From Octopus sinensis (Eukaryota): a DNA stretch of 64,000 nucleotides. Each line of letters opens with the position of its first letter. The stretch's first letter is position 1. Where the stretch lies: positions 2,852,001 to 2,916,000 of the forward strand of contig NC_043005.1 of NCBI RefSeq assembly GCF_006345805.1, read 5' to 3'. Both the position numbers and the translations under genes were made by a program. Of the stretch, positions 1 to 13,099 are shown in pieces. Below the pieces are notes generated by a model that saw only the letters and a program-made list of their open reading frames with translations, had not been told where the DNA came from and made no database searches.

Positions 1-157
1 AAACTCAAATTTCACGACTTGCAAAGTAAACACAGTGATGTAATTTGATACACTGCCTCATGAAGGTCACTGCCAGTTCTCACTGCGCACGCAACCGCGA
101 GCTGCCATCTGCTGGTGCGCTACAGAACTAGTCCACGAACTTTGCGATACCATCTCG
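1..157 (-). mobile_element. Mariner-type DNA transposon terminus (element continues beyond window start)
   Basis: Minus strand reads TA|CGAGATGGTATCGCAAAGTTCGTGGACTAG, a mariner-like TIR flanked by TA (158-159). Confidence 0.6.
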
Positions 158-275
158 TATATATGTGTGTGTGTGTGTGTGTGCGCGTGCGTAAGTGTGT
201 GTAGGTCTGTTTGTGTGTGAGTATATGCGTGTGTATATATATGTATATGTGTATATATATATATGTGTGTGTATG

Positions 276-317
<42 letters not shown>

Positions 318-387
318 TATATACATATAAATATATGTATTTGTATGCATGTATGTATGTATGTGCGTTAGCCTATGAAAGATAGAT

Positions 388-420
<33 letters not shown>

Positions 421-550
421 TATAGACAGGCAGACAGGGAGAGAGGGAGAGAGAGAGAGAAGGAAAGGGAGAGAGGGAGAGTCATTCAAATATATATGGA
501 GAGACTGATATAAGCGTTTTGATTTGAGAGAAAGGCTAAGAAAATTGGTA

Positions 551-581
<31 letters not shown>

Positions 582-1370
582 AGAGAAACAGATGTGGTTC
601 AATGAAAGGAGGGGGGCTGGAGAAGAAGATAGACGAAGTATGGAAGAGATAAACAGGGGGGGGTGGACGGTAGGACAAAGTAGGGGACAGAGAATGAGAG
701 AGAGAGGGGGGCAAGTGAGCAAGGGCGTGTTGGAAACACTGAGTGTATAAGAAACAGCTGGTCCGAGCGATTCTATTTAAATAAACCTCATTGGTTGATA
801 ACGACTATTAAAATCTAGTGATAGCCAGAGAGGAAAAGAACAAAAAAAAGACAAACCAGATATTTGAGAAGCCGAGTCGGTAATTAAATTAGATGAATAC
901 TTATTGTATTATTATTATTATTATTATATTATTATTATTATTGATTTGGGGTTGGGTGGCCAGCGTTGGTATCGTTTATCTGGAGGAAACATTTGAGTGT
1001 TGAGAGGGCAAACATTATCGAAGGAAGACTGCAACGCGTAAATGTGTGTGTGTGTGTGTGTGTGTACTTGTGCGTGTGTGTGTGTGTTGGAGGGGTGGGT
1101 TAACAATGGAAGCAATAAAATGGCAGCCAACAGCCAAAGTCAACAACATTTATAGTCTGCCAAAAAACACAGCGGCAATACAATATAAAGCAATTGTTAC
1201 GAGATTCTTGCTTTTATTGTTTTTGTTTTTGTTTTTGTTGTTGCTGTTATTGCTGGAATTTTAAGATTATGCGCGCACGAGTCTGTGTGTGTATGTGTGC
1301 ATATGTGTATGTGTGTGATACATACAGGCGCACGTTCCATATAACCATAACTTCTCAGTATTTGTTTTAC

Positions 1371-1417
<47 letters not shown>

Positions 1418-2924
1418 GCACGCACGCACAAATACACATATACGAAACGTTTAGAGTCCGATATTGATAATACATCGTTATGCTCATGCCAAAGAATCAT
1501 GAGATCACAACCTCAGCCTGTTCCTAAAATATCTGGGATCCATATGGTTTATTACTATGTAGCTTCTCTTATTATATCCTTATGGTTTTAAAATGTTGTA
1601 AAGTGCATAATTCCTCAGTTTAAGGTTGAATTATTTACAAATATAGGTGAAAATAATGAAATCATAAAACAAATACAGAGAAGATTAAAAACAAAATGGA
1701 AATGAGAACAGAAAGTTATGGAGTTGAGAGATTTCATTGAATATATTCTTATAAAGTATGGTAAGGACAATGGTGTTTACTGAAACGGAGAAGGAAGATA
1801 ATGAATGTATGAATCCAGTTGGACGATACTTAAGAAGTGGTTCAATCAGATGGTGTTAAAAGACCTCCAATGCGTCAGAAAGTATCTATCGAATTGGTAA
1901 CAATTAGCAATTGGTGGAGAGATATATAGGACTAAAATTGCTAATGATGTAGGGGAAATTTATTTCCCATGAATTTCTACGTAACGACTGAAATCCACCT
2001 AAAAATGTCCAATTCCTTTCTTGGTACTCTGTACTTTTTATTCTTACCAATCGATGTTATATATTCTTTCATTTATTAACATCCGAGGTTATTAGTCGTG
2101 AGCATATACTATTCCATGTATTTAATATCGATCGACTTTATCGTATAACAGCTAATATCATACAATTTACCTCCGTAGACAAAGACTCGATCAGTTATTG
2201 CTGCCTCACTCAAGTGAAGCGGTGAGACTCAAGGGCGAAACGCCTGTCACCCTGAAATACTTCCTGACGATACGAAAGAGTCTGCAGCATTGCAATGGAT
2301 TTAGAAGGGCTCGCAAAAACTCTGAGTAGCTCCTGCTGTTCGTGCGTGCAGCAAAGCCTCTCTCGTGTTTATTTCCCTTATTTATACGACTCACTGTTCA
2401 TGGAATATTTCCTCATATTTTCCTCAATAATATAACATTTCCCATGTTAACATAATATCGACCGAATGTATCATAGCTGCTACATCATACCATTTTCCCC
2501 CGACAAAACACATTTGCCCAATCAATTCTGTTCAGGGAAACTTCTCACCGTATTTTTTCTATTCTCCACATCTCACTGATTTTAAAAACCGCAGTAATTC
2601 TGTTTCTATTTTCACTTATGCAGAACAAAGCAAGACACAGAACGCTTTCAGAATCGATTCAAAACCCAATAACAAATTCAAATATTCTTCTGAAGACTCT
2701 CCTGGACACATTTCGGTATTTTATTTTATTTTTATTTAATTTAACTTTTTTTTCTGTTCCTTAAAATGAAGGATTTTTGCCATTTTTTTTTTTCACTAGG
2801 AATATTCTATATACTGGATACGCTTGCTCTAATCTTCCTTATCGTGTGGAGTTCGGACGTATGAAAAACGGCTCATATCCGTGTAAGAGTGAGTATATTG
2901 CTCGAAATATACATATATATTTAT

Positions 2925-5597
2925 GTTAGTTAGTTAGTTAATTTGGCTCAAAAGCAAATAGCAAGGCCATGTAGGGGGACATGGAGTTAAGTACAGGGTG
3001 GTGTTCATGTAAAGAGTACAGGCCACTTGAGGTCAAGGGAGGCTTTGAACAAAGCGGTCGTCGGCATCTTCACCATCTCGTCTGGCAGCTTGTTCCACGG
3101 ATCCGCAACCCGGACGGAGAAAGCTCCTCTCCTTCGATTGAGATGAAATCGTCGCAGGTAGAGCTTTTCGGAATGACCCCGCAGCTGACGCTCTGGAGCA
3201 GGAGTGAAGAACAGCTCTTTCGAGAGGTTACACTTTCCGCTTATGATGCTGTGGGCGAGAATGAGATCACCACGGCGGCGGCGTTTTTCTAGAGAATAAA
3301 GGTCGAGCGTCCTCAGCCTTTCTTCATAGGACAAATTTTTGAGACCATGAACCATGCGGATAGCCAGCTTCTGGACTCTTTCGAGATGCTGTATGTCTTT
3401 GAGGAGATAAGGAGAAGAGGCTTGAATCCCGTATTCCAATATGGGTCTCACCAGCGTGACATAGAGTGGTAGGAATATGGCTGCTGTGAGCATTCCGAAT
3501 GACCGTCGAATCAAGAACAGAATTCCGCGTGCTTTGTTGGCAGCATGGACGCACTGGGCCGAAGGCGAAAAGGAGGAATCCACCAAGATACCCAGGTCCT
3601 TTACCTGATCGGTCCTCTCCAGCAGCAGACGACCCGGCTCGAAATCAAGTTGAGTTGCAGGAGAGCCAACAGGCAGATGACAGCACTTTGACACGTTCAG
3701 ACACAGGTCCCATTCGTTAGACCACCTCCAAATTTGGTGGAGGCATCGACGAAGATCCTCTATATCACCGCGAGGAGCGACCAGTTTGATATCGTCGGCA
3801 AATAGAAGGGTGTGCTGCGTGAGGTCGTCGGGCAAGTCATTTATGAAGACTAAGAACAATAAGGGCCCAAGCACTGAACCTTGAGGCACGCCACTGCTCG
3901 CACTGGAGACGTCGGACCGCGAACCATTAACTTGGACTTGGAAGGAGCAATCTGAGAGGAAGGCACCAACCCATCGTACAATATCCGGATGGAAACTATA
4001 TGCTTGAAGCTTGACAAGTAATAGGCGGTGGTTTACCGAGTCAAAAGCTTTGGCAAAGTCCAATAAAACGATGTCAACAGCATCACTATCATCGAGGATG
4101 CGCGTCACCAATTCTTCCATTACCAGTAAGTTGGTCAAGCATGATCTCTTCGGCACGAAGCTGTGTTGGGAATCAGAGATGGAGGCTGTGTTTTTGAGGT
4201 GGAGCATCATACTTTTCTTAAGGATGGTTTCGAACATCTTGCTGATTATTGATGTAAGGGAAACCGGTCGGTAGTTAAGCGGGTCTTCGCGGCTCCCTTT
4301 CTTGAAAATTGGGCAGATTATCGCTGTTCTCCAGTCCGCAGGTATAACACCTGTCGCCAATGACATATTGAATAGACGTGTTAAGGGCTCGCAGATGACC
4401 GGAGCCAACGCTTTGATAACCCGTGGGTGTAAGCCGTCAGGGCCGTGACCCTTGTTGACATCGAGGCCTTGAATAACACGTTTGACTTCGTCCTGCGTGA
4501 TGACCAATCGAAGCATTGGAGGTACCGATCTATCAAATGGAGGGGGTTCACGACCGTCATCTTGTTTGAAAATAGTTGAAAAAGCCTGGGCAAATAATTG
4601 ACTTTGTTGATAAGGGTCCTCAATCGATACGCCTGTTGAGTCTACCAACGTTGCAATCTGGTTGTTCAAGCGGGAATTCCGCTGGACATGGGCAAAGAAG
4701 GTTTTTGGATTGCTACTGGCATTTGCCGCGATTTTGTATTCATAACTGAAGCGTTCTTCCTTTTCAATTTTCACGGCTCGGTCTCGTTGAGTTTTATATA
4801 CCTCAAAAGCTGCAGTCGAATCCAGATTTTTTAATTCAGCCCAAGCAATATCTCTGAGTCGAAGTTCTCGTTTAACCTTCTTCGTCACCCAGGGCTTGTG
4901 TTTCTTCTTCTTGGGAAGCCCAACGGGAACTGCCTGGTCAGTCAACCAGATTACACATGATTTGAGGGATGACCATAGTTCGTCAACTGAGGACAACGTC
5001 ATCAGGAATCGCCAGTCCAGAAGCGCGGAAGCCTCGTTTAGAATTTCAAGATTAATTGCAGAGAAGACTCTACGTGGCAGCGAAGTAGTCGTGGGCGTAG
5101 AAAAAGTTGTGTGCATGACGAACTTCAGGACCGCATGATCACTCTTGGCAAGAGGGGCGCACACAGATACGTCTGACACTGATCTTGGATAGCGGGAGAA
5201 TACCAGATCCAGCATAGATGGCTGCTGCCCAGACCGATGCCTTGTCGGATATTCAACACGTTGCGATAGAAAACAATCTTCAGCCACGTCAAGAAGGGCC
5301 TGGCCGAACCGGGAAGATGATGTACAAATTGATGCGGGCCAATCGATCGTGGGTGCGTTGAAGTCTCCTAGTATCAAACAGTCATGCGAAGCTGAAACGA
5401 ATCTTAGCGCTTCGAGTAAATGAGCATCGTCCTGGGGGTCGGCGAGAGGCGGCCTGTAGACAGCTAACACAGGCAGGCAAAACTCGGATAGGCTCAGCTT
5501 GCAATAGACGGTATCGAATTTTGTTGTAGGTTGAGCATTAGTGGGTAGAATACCGCTGGACGGTTTGTGATCAGATTTAACATACAGATTTAACATA
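2925..5597 (-). mobile_element. CR1-group LINE, 5'-truncated, young
   Basis: (TAAC)4 tail at 2925-2940; short 3'UTR with CCATGT/ACATGG hairpin; candidate TSD ATATATTTATGT (2915-2926) vs ATACATTTATGT (5595-5606). Confidence 0.9.
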
Positions 5598-5617
5598 CAT
5601 TTATGTATGTCTATCAT
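3005..5617 (-). CDS. LINE ORF2: partial APE endonuclease plus reverse transcriptase (first codons come from flanking DNA)
   Basis: Motifs YRPP, GDFNAP, LDLVF, SDH (APE); NYRPVSLTS, LDFAKAFDSV, GVPQGSVLGPLLF, FADD (RT); CR1-type C-terminus RRRRGDLI...RGH...WNKLP. Confidence 0.93.
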   Translation of the reverse strand: MIDIHKCMLNLYVKSDHKPSSGILPTNAQPTTKFDTVYCKLSLSEFCLPVLAVYRPPLADPQDDAHLLEALRFVSASHDCLILGDFNAPTIDWPASICTSSSRFGQALLDVAEDCFLSQRVEYPTRHRSGQQPSMLDLVFSRYPRSVSDVSVCAPLAKSDHAVLKFVMHTTFSTPTTTSLPRRVFSAINLEILNEASALLDWRFLMTLSSVDELWSSLKSCVIWLTDQAVPVGLPKKKKHKPWVTKKVKRELRLRDIAWAELKNLDSTAAFEVYKTQRDRAVKIEKEERFSYEYKIAANASSNPKTFFAHVQRNSRLNNQIATLVDSTGVSIEDPYQQSQLFAQAFSTIFKQDDGREPPPFDRSVPPMLRLVITQDEVKRVIQGLDVNKGHGPDGLHPRVIKALAPVICEPLTRLFNMSLATGVIPADWRTAIICPIFKKGSREDPLNYRPVSLTSIISKMFETILKKSMMLHLKNTASISDSQHSFVPKRSCLTNLLVMEELVTRILDDSDAVDIVLLDFAKAFDSVNHRLLLVKLQAYSFHPDIVRWVGAFLSDCSFQVQVNGSRSDVSSASSGVPQGSVLGPLLFLVFINDLPDDLTQHTLLFADDIKLVAPRGDIEDLRRCLHQIWRWSNEWDLCLNVSKCCHLPVGSPATQLDFEPGRLLLERTDQVKDLGILVDSSFSPSAQCVHAANKARGILFLIRRSFGMLTAAIFLPLYVTLVRPILEYGIQASSPYLLKDIQHLERVQKLAIRMVHGLKNLSYEERLRTLDLYSLEKRRRRGDLILAHSIISGKCNLSKELFFTPAPERQLRGHSEKLYLRRFHLNRRRGAFSVRVADPWNKLPDEMVKMPTTALFKASLDLKWPVLFT

Positions 5618-5925
5618 CTTTAGTTTGTGATCTCTCTCTCTCTCTCTCTACATATTCTCTAATCTTCGTTCTCTTTCATCTATCCGCCCCTCCCCACTCG
5701 TAATTTTAAAGGTCAGAGGGTTCATTAGTCTAGGTAGTTAGTAGTTAACACCTGGAAGAGAAATTGCCCTTTCAATCCGTTTTTAAAATTATGGGGTCTA
5801 ACCCCACCTCTCTCCCGTTCTCTTGCTTTTTGTCTTTATATGTGGTTACTTCCGGTATATAAATTACAGATCCCTTACACTCACAAAAAATCTGTATGTC
5901 ATAACTTACCATGATTATTATTATG

Positions 5926-5966
<41 letters not shown>

Positions 5967-5978
5967 CATTATTATTAT

Positions 5979-6020
<42 letters not shown>

Positions 6021-6949
6021 AGTGTTATGTCACCGATTTTTCATGCCCTCCCATAAAAGTATCAAACCTCAGCGCTTGCTTTAAAACAATAAATAAAACC
6101 ATTAGCGCCTCTAAATAAATAATAAAACCATCAGAGACCCACCCTGAAGCTATACGCACGTCCCCCAGTAGCTTTGAGATTGACATGGACGCCACCACAT
6201 CACCGCAGCATCTCAGCCTTTATATCAAAATTGCTTCCCGTCGTTTAGCCTCGGGTCAACTTTGATTATCACATCTATTTTTATTTATATTTTTTTCAGA
6301 CAGTGTCTATTTAAGAATACATTATTCAATGTGCTGGTTTTAAAAGACTGTAGGTCGTAATATGAGGGAGATTGGTTACTGTTTCGAGCATTTTAAGAAA
6401 TAACACGGTGACTCCCTCACCGCATCGTTGTGTCATTGATGGGGTTACAAGCTACTATGCATTACATCTGAATAAAAAAAACTTCAGGTTGTGACTCCTG
6501 TTCAATGAAATAAATACAAGCTCTTGTCCTTCATCAATTTAATAAAATGCATTCTAGTTCCAATCAAAGGTTAATATCCTCACTTATATAACAAAACCAA
6601 CATTTTTTACCACAACGTGAAGGTTTGATGGTATCTTTCTCCCTCTTGTAGATCAGGTATTTAGTAACTATCACCTGTTCCTGGATATTGAAGGCATATC
6701 CTTCTAAGTGGGATGTAATGTATCTATCGCCGGTTCAGGAGAGGCTGCTTTTCCTGTCTATGCTGTTGTTGCCCTCTCATGTGCGGGATTTTTGCCGGTA
6801 TGGTGGCCTGCTTCTCCCCTAAGCTTCTGTTTAGGTAGATGAGACAGTTTCCATTCTCAGAGCACAGTAGTTCTTTGCCAACTCTGAAGATGTTGTTGCT
6901 CTCTCTCTCTCTCTTTTACACACCTTTTTTTACGGAGGCAGAGAAAAAA

Positions 6950-7315
6950 AAAAACCAATCCACACGACTTGTGTATTCGTGTATGAGTAATTTTGGTGCG
7001 TGTTTATTAGCGTAAAGGGATAATCTCCTGACTGACCATGGGACTGCACCAAGAAGGTTCCCCTCCAAGGCACATGTCCGTGCCATATTGTTAATGGAAG
7101 ACCAGCGGTCGCCCGTGCATAGCAGCCTCCCCTCTCCACGCCAAGGGAAAGGAAAAAGGGGCCGATACAACCTGGCATCAGCGACGTTGCAACTCATTTC
7201 TACACAGCAACGTGAAATAAAGTGTCTTGCTTAAGAACACAACCCAAAGCCCGGTCCAAGAATCGAACTCACTACCTCATGACTGTCAGCCCGATACGCT
7301 AATTACTGAGCCATT
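6950..7315 (-). mobile_element. tRNA-derived SINE
   Basis: Minus strand TGGCTCAGTAATTAG box A and GAGTTCGATTC box B; body similar to the SINE at 16515-16830. Confidence 0.6.
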
Positions 7316-7415
7316 GATGTCTGCGAGGAAAGAGAAATCAAAGTAGAAGCACAACACCGCCATACTCGAGTATCTCCATCACCGATCACAAACATTGTTT
7401 ATCACCTGAAACGAT

Positions 7416-7458
<43 letters not shown>

Positions 7459-7784
7459 CACGCACACACACACCACACGCACACGCACACACACGCACAC
7501 ACACGCACGCACACACACACACACCACACACACACACTGACAGTCAAAATTAATTGCACGACAGACGCCTTCAGTCTTTCTTTTTTTCTTTTTCTTTTCT
7601 TTTATTTTATATTTTGGACATTAATGATTTCCTGAATTTTGGTCAAATTCGGCGAATTTAATTTAGATCAAAGGACTCTTGATCAGAGATGTCGTCTGCC
7701 TCCATTTTCTTATAATTTCTTTCTTCTTTCCTTCCTTCTTCATCCCTCACCTTTCTATTATTATTATTATTATTATTATCATCC

Positions 7785-7868
<84 letters not shown>

Positions 7869-8132
7869 TTTAAATAGTTGTGGAGTGAACACAAACACAC
7901 CTAAAACAGAGAATCTCTCTCTCTCTCTCTTTCCTTTGATCCACCGCCAACTTAAAAGAGAAGCCCAGATACCGCCAACCCCGGCATGAACTTCGATCAC
8001 GTGATACACAGCCTGTTGTTTTACAACAGCCATTTAAACTAGCAAAATTCCCAAATGAAATGGGTGCAGTTGACATTTGACAAAATACCCTCCATTTATA
8101 AACTAGGATGGGTTCCTAGCCATCGTTACTTA

Positions 8133-8296
8133 TTTATGTTTTGTTTTCCTTTATTTCAATCATTGGACTGCGCCAATGCTGGAGCTTTATTTTGAAGGGT
8201 TTGGTAGAATATACCGACCTCAGTACCTTTCTTTTTTCTTCAAAGCACGGTACTTATTTAATTGCTCCCTTTCAAGCGATCTGGTGGGCAAATGGA

Positions 8297-8345
<49 letters not shown>

Positions 8346-8480
8346 TTTCGTTTCCCAAATCCAGTCTTATGGCAGTGGCCAGCCGAGGGCTATAGAAAAA
8401 GGCACTTGCCAAAGCTGCTGCGCAGCGAGGCTGAACCGAAAACCACGTGGTTGCAAAGCGTGCTTCTTAACCAAGCAACT
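8133..8480 (-). mobile_element. SINE family A copy (degenerate)
   Basis: Similar to 48136-48538, including the CCAGCAT(T)GGC..CAGT tail. Confidence 0.65.
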
Positions 8481-8503
8481 ATATTTATCTATTTATTATC
8501 TAT

Positions 8504-8534
<31 letters not shown>

Positions 8535-9063
8535 TCTATTTATTTATTTATTTACTTGTTTATTTATTAAGTTTTCTTTTCTCTTTGCTGTTTCAAATTC
8601 GCTTCCATTGACGAACGAAAGAACGTAGAATTCAGTGAATAACTTTTCTCGGGCCTAGGATATCCTTCCCTACATTTTACGAATCCTTTTTTAAAACGGA
8701 AAAGTGTGTGGTTTGAAGAAGATTTTCGTGTCTTCTTAACACATCGAACTCGCTCTTACAAATAGTTTATTACAGCGAGAGCAGAAGCAGCAGCAGCCGC
8801 GGCAGCAGCGTTATTCAAAGTTTGATGCGTATTTTCAGAAATTATTTTAGCAATTCCAAGGTTATCCATCCACCAACCCCGCTCCCTCCCCATCTCCCGC
8901 AGTCGGAGAAGGGTCTATTTTTTATCCTTTATTTGTTTCAGCCATTAGACTACGGCCATGCTAGGGCACTGCCTTGAAGAATGAATCTATCCCAGTTCTT
9001 ATTTGGGATTTGGTTGGTTTGGCTGCCAGCATTTCAAAAATTAAATTTGACACAATTAATATA

Positions 9064-9573
9064 CCGTAAATCCTCGAGTATAGTCCGCCCTTAAGTATAA
9101 TACGCAGGGGTTTTTAGGGGGCTGTACTTTTGAAAAACCGAAACCTTGTGTATAATACGCACCCCTTCTCTAACTTGGTTTATATAACGTCCTTGGTTTG
9201 TAAAACCGTATACGATAACGTCCTTTATTATTATTGTACATATAACATAATGCAAACGTGTAGTTTTTTAATGCATTTTGTTTGCAGAAAATAAAGAAAT
9301 AGCAATGATAAGAGTAATAACATTTAATAAATGTTGCTTATTGTAAATTATGGATGATTCTTTTATGACTTCATTGCTTTTAGGCTCAGCTTAAGGTATT
9401 TTCGCGCCCGACATCACAAAATGCATCTGAATAAACATTGCCGGACAGCAAATAAAGACTCGGACATTGCTTAGAAAATATTTTTCATGTTTAACCTCGT
9501 ATATAGCACGCACTAGGGATTTTGACATTTAAATTTTGGGAAAAAAATGCGGATTATACTCGAGGATTTACGG
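9064..9573. mobile_element. Non-autonomous Tc2/pogo-like MITE
   Basis: TIRs CCGTAAATCCTCGAGTATA / TATACTCGAGGATTTACGG, with TA on both sides. Confidence 0.85.
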
Positions 9574-10329
9574 TACTTTTCGTGGCTGAATTGCTGAAGG
9601 TATTTCATTTTTTCCAGAAATGTTTTAAAAAAGTTATAGAAGTTTAAGGTTTGATCCTTTTCACCCAGTCAGGAAACAGGATTTGGAAGCTGTCATTTGG
9701 TGCGTGACTGCACATTTTGTCGTCAACATCCCGATAAAAGCACGTGTTGTCAATATTTGTAAACAACACGTGTTTTGTAGTTTGAAGCATTCAATACGTA
9801 TTTAATGCGATAGCACAAACTTAAAAGATTTAGTAAAAAAAAAAAAAAACGTTATTTAGCTGTTATTTTTAGCACACCTCACAACCACCTCAATGACAAA
9901 AAGAAACGAGTAAACAAGTAGTTTTAAGCATTCAATATACATTTAATGAAAATGCGATGAACAACACATTACATATTGAATATTAAAAAAAAAGACAACA
10001 TTTTGTTGACCAGTTCATAAATTCACGTGATCAATTTTCATTAGATGGGTAAAACAAGTGGCTTAAATATATTTGTCAACACGTTCTTTCTCGCAGACAA
10101 AAGGGTTCTCATGTTCCGCTTGTTACTATGGAAACAAGCATGAATGCGTCTGCGACTTACGATTAGCTAAAATGTCCAAAATTTTGAAACTTTAATTGCT
10201 AATAACTCTTTATTTATTGATTTTTTAGCGAAAATGATTTTCACGTCATTCATTACCCAATAAAAGTGTATCAATACACAGAGCATGGAATCAATTCGAA
10301 CACAAATCGACGCTGGCAGCCAAACCGAA

Positions 10330-10516
10330 TGAATCCCTTGTTTGTTTTCCTCTTAAACCCGGTACTTATTCTATTGCTTTCTTTTTGGTGAACCGCTAAT
10401 GTTACAGGGACGTAAACAAGCCAATAGCGGCTGTCAAGCGATGGTGAGGGACAAACACAGGCATAAATACACACACACACACACACGCAAAGACTAACAG
10501 TCACACATACATACAC

Positions 10517-10604
<88 letters not shown>

Positions 10605-10745
10605 GAACGGCATCTACGAAATCCCATCACAAGGCTTTGGTCAGCCCGAGGCTATAGTAGAAGACACTTTCCCAAGGTGCCCCGCGGTAGGACTGAACCA
10701 AGAACCATGTGGTTGGGAAGCAAGCTTCTTACGGCACAGTCACGG
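10330..10745 (-). mobile_element. SINE family A copy
   Basis: tRNA-like head GGTTCAGTCC, internal (CA)n/(TA)n, body matches other copies. Confidence 0.75.
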
Positions 10746-10929
10746 TTTGAATTGATAGGAATAGATGTCAAATCAACAAACAGTAAATCCAATAAATTAT
10801 ACTTACCCTTCTAACCCACCCGCTTCATGTTTCGTCCTACCCGCTTCCCCCTCTATGGATGGGCACCTTGTTCTATCTTATCGGTGTTGATTCCAACCAC
10901 CTCTGAATACTTTAATCACGTCCTACTAT

Positions 10930-11145
10930 ACTGGTTTCAAATTTTAGCACAAGGCCAGCAATTTCGGCTGGGGGAGGGGGACAATTCGATTACATCGAGC
11001 CCAGTGTTCAACTGGTACTTATTTTATTGACCCCAAAAGGATAAGTCAACATCGGCGGAATTTGAACACAGAATGTTAAGACGGACAAAATGCCGCTAAG
11101 CATTTTACTCGGCTTGCTAACCATTCGGCCAACACGCTGCCTACT
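10930..11145 (-). mobile_element. SINE family B copy (Meta-domain-like core)
   Basis: Matches 51497-51690. Confidence 0.7.
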
Positions 11146-11989
11146 ATAATAAACGATGAAAGATCGCGTGACTTAAAATCAAGGCGGGATGGTCAAGATT
11201 AGAACGCTTTAGATAATAGATCAACTCAATCACAGATTCATTCTTGGGCTAAATAACAGAAATAACAAAAACCACATAATGATTTTACATATCATCATGT
11301 ATAGACGAACTCAGCGGAATCCAGATAGGTTTAACGACGCATACACACTCACTCACACACACACACACACACACATACACGCATACATACATACACTTTC
11401 ACACGCATATATCTACACACACCTCTACACGCACGCCCTCACACATACGCATACACACCTCTACATATTTGCGTATTTATATCTCCGCATTCACATTTCA
11501 ACGACATTCGTACAAGTAATCACACGCACACACACACACAAATACAATCCCAAATAGGAACCTCTACATGTCCCATATTCCGTATAAATCATAACATGCT
11601 CATACAAACACACACACACACACACTGTATAGAGAATCATCTAAACAAACGTCCATCCCTATCTACATATACACATCTACACACAAGCGCACACATTTTC
11701 ATATACACTTTCACATCCCTTCCGTACACACACGCATCACACACACCCATCCACCCATCCACTTATACTCTTCAATATGCGCGCGCACACACACACACAC
11801 ATACACACACACACATACACACACAATCGCAACCACCTTCGATAATATGCAATGTACTATTTACTGGACGTGCCCAGGCTGCAATGCAGACCGGAAGTCG
11901 GTACATTCCAGCACATTCCAGTTCTGTATCTTTTGAGATATATCTCCCCAGATGTTAAAACACCTTAAATAATAACCGTTATGTGGACT

Positions 11990-12016
11990 GATGCGTATGT
12001 GTGTATGTATGCATGC

Positions 12017-12048
<32 letters not shown>

Positions 12049-12435
12049 GTGTATGTATGCATGCATATATGTATGCATGCATATATGTATGTATGTATCT
12101 ATGTATGTATATATCTATGTATGCATGAATGTATGTATTTATGTATGTGTGTGTATGTTTGTATGCATGTATGTGTGTATGTATGTACGTATGTATGCTT
12201 GCATGTATGCATGTATGTATTTATGTATGTATGTGTATGTTTGTATGCATGTATGTATGTGTGTATATATGTATGCATGCATGTATGTATGCAAGTATGT
12301 ATGTATGTATGTGTGCATGCATGCGTGTGTGTTTATGTATGAATATCTATTAGTGGATGTATACATGTATAAAACCAAGTATGTATATATGTACGTGTGT
12401 ATGTACATGTATGTATGTATGCCTGTATGTATATA
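11990..12435. repeat. (TATG)n degenerate microsatellite
   Basis: Seen directly; source of several spurious ORFs. Confidence 0.9.
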
Positions 12436-12519
12436 GTTCGGAAGATATTCATGTCTCTATGCATGTGTGTGTGCTTCTATATGTAGGTATGTTTATGTAT
12501 GTAGAAATGTATATTTTTC

Positions 12520-12865
12520 CTTTACTTGTTTCAGTCACTGAACAGCGGCCATGCTGGATCTCCGCCGTGAAGAGTTCAGTCGAACAAATCAACGCCAATA
12601 CTTACTCTTTTGAGCCTGATACTTATCCTCTCGGTCTCTTTTTGCCGATCCGCTATGTCGCAGTTATCAAGCATCGGTGGGGAACAATTACAAACACACA
12701 GACACACACAAAGATATATACACATACATATATACGACGGGCTTCTTTCAGTTTCTGTCTACGAAATGCACTCACAAGGTTTTGGTCTGCCCGGGAGTGT
12801 AGTAGAAAACATCCTACGTACCACACAGTGGGATTGAACTGGGAACCATGTGGTTGGGAAGCATC
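12520..12865 (-). mobile_element. SINE family A copy
   Basis: Tail GTTTCAGTCA...CGGCCATGCTGG and head matching the family. Confidence 0.7.
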
Positions 12866-13099
12866 TATGCTGGTGTGTATATATGTATATATGTATGTCA
12901 GGTCACTCTCGAGCGCCATGGGTAACATATACCCCAGTACAACCTGTGTCATGGTCGGGTCATCGGCGACTAAACGAGCAACCCCACTAAGAGAGGGAGG
13001 CAATTTACTGGGCACCCTGAAAGACGAAATGCAAAACCTTTCAAAGGGCAGAGGGATTCATGAGAATCAACGGCCATCCAATATTGTATGTATATATGT

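Noticed and set aside
2200-2290. Hammerhead-like words (GAAACGCCTGTC; CTGACGATACGAAAG)
   Set aside because: Could not build stems I and II for any topology; at most a decayed remnant
12897-13080. Possible HDV-like ribozyme in an RTE-like 5' region (related piece at 17290-17460)
   Set aside because: Could not assign the nested double pseudoknot
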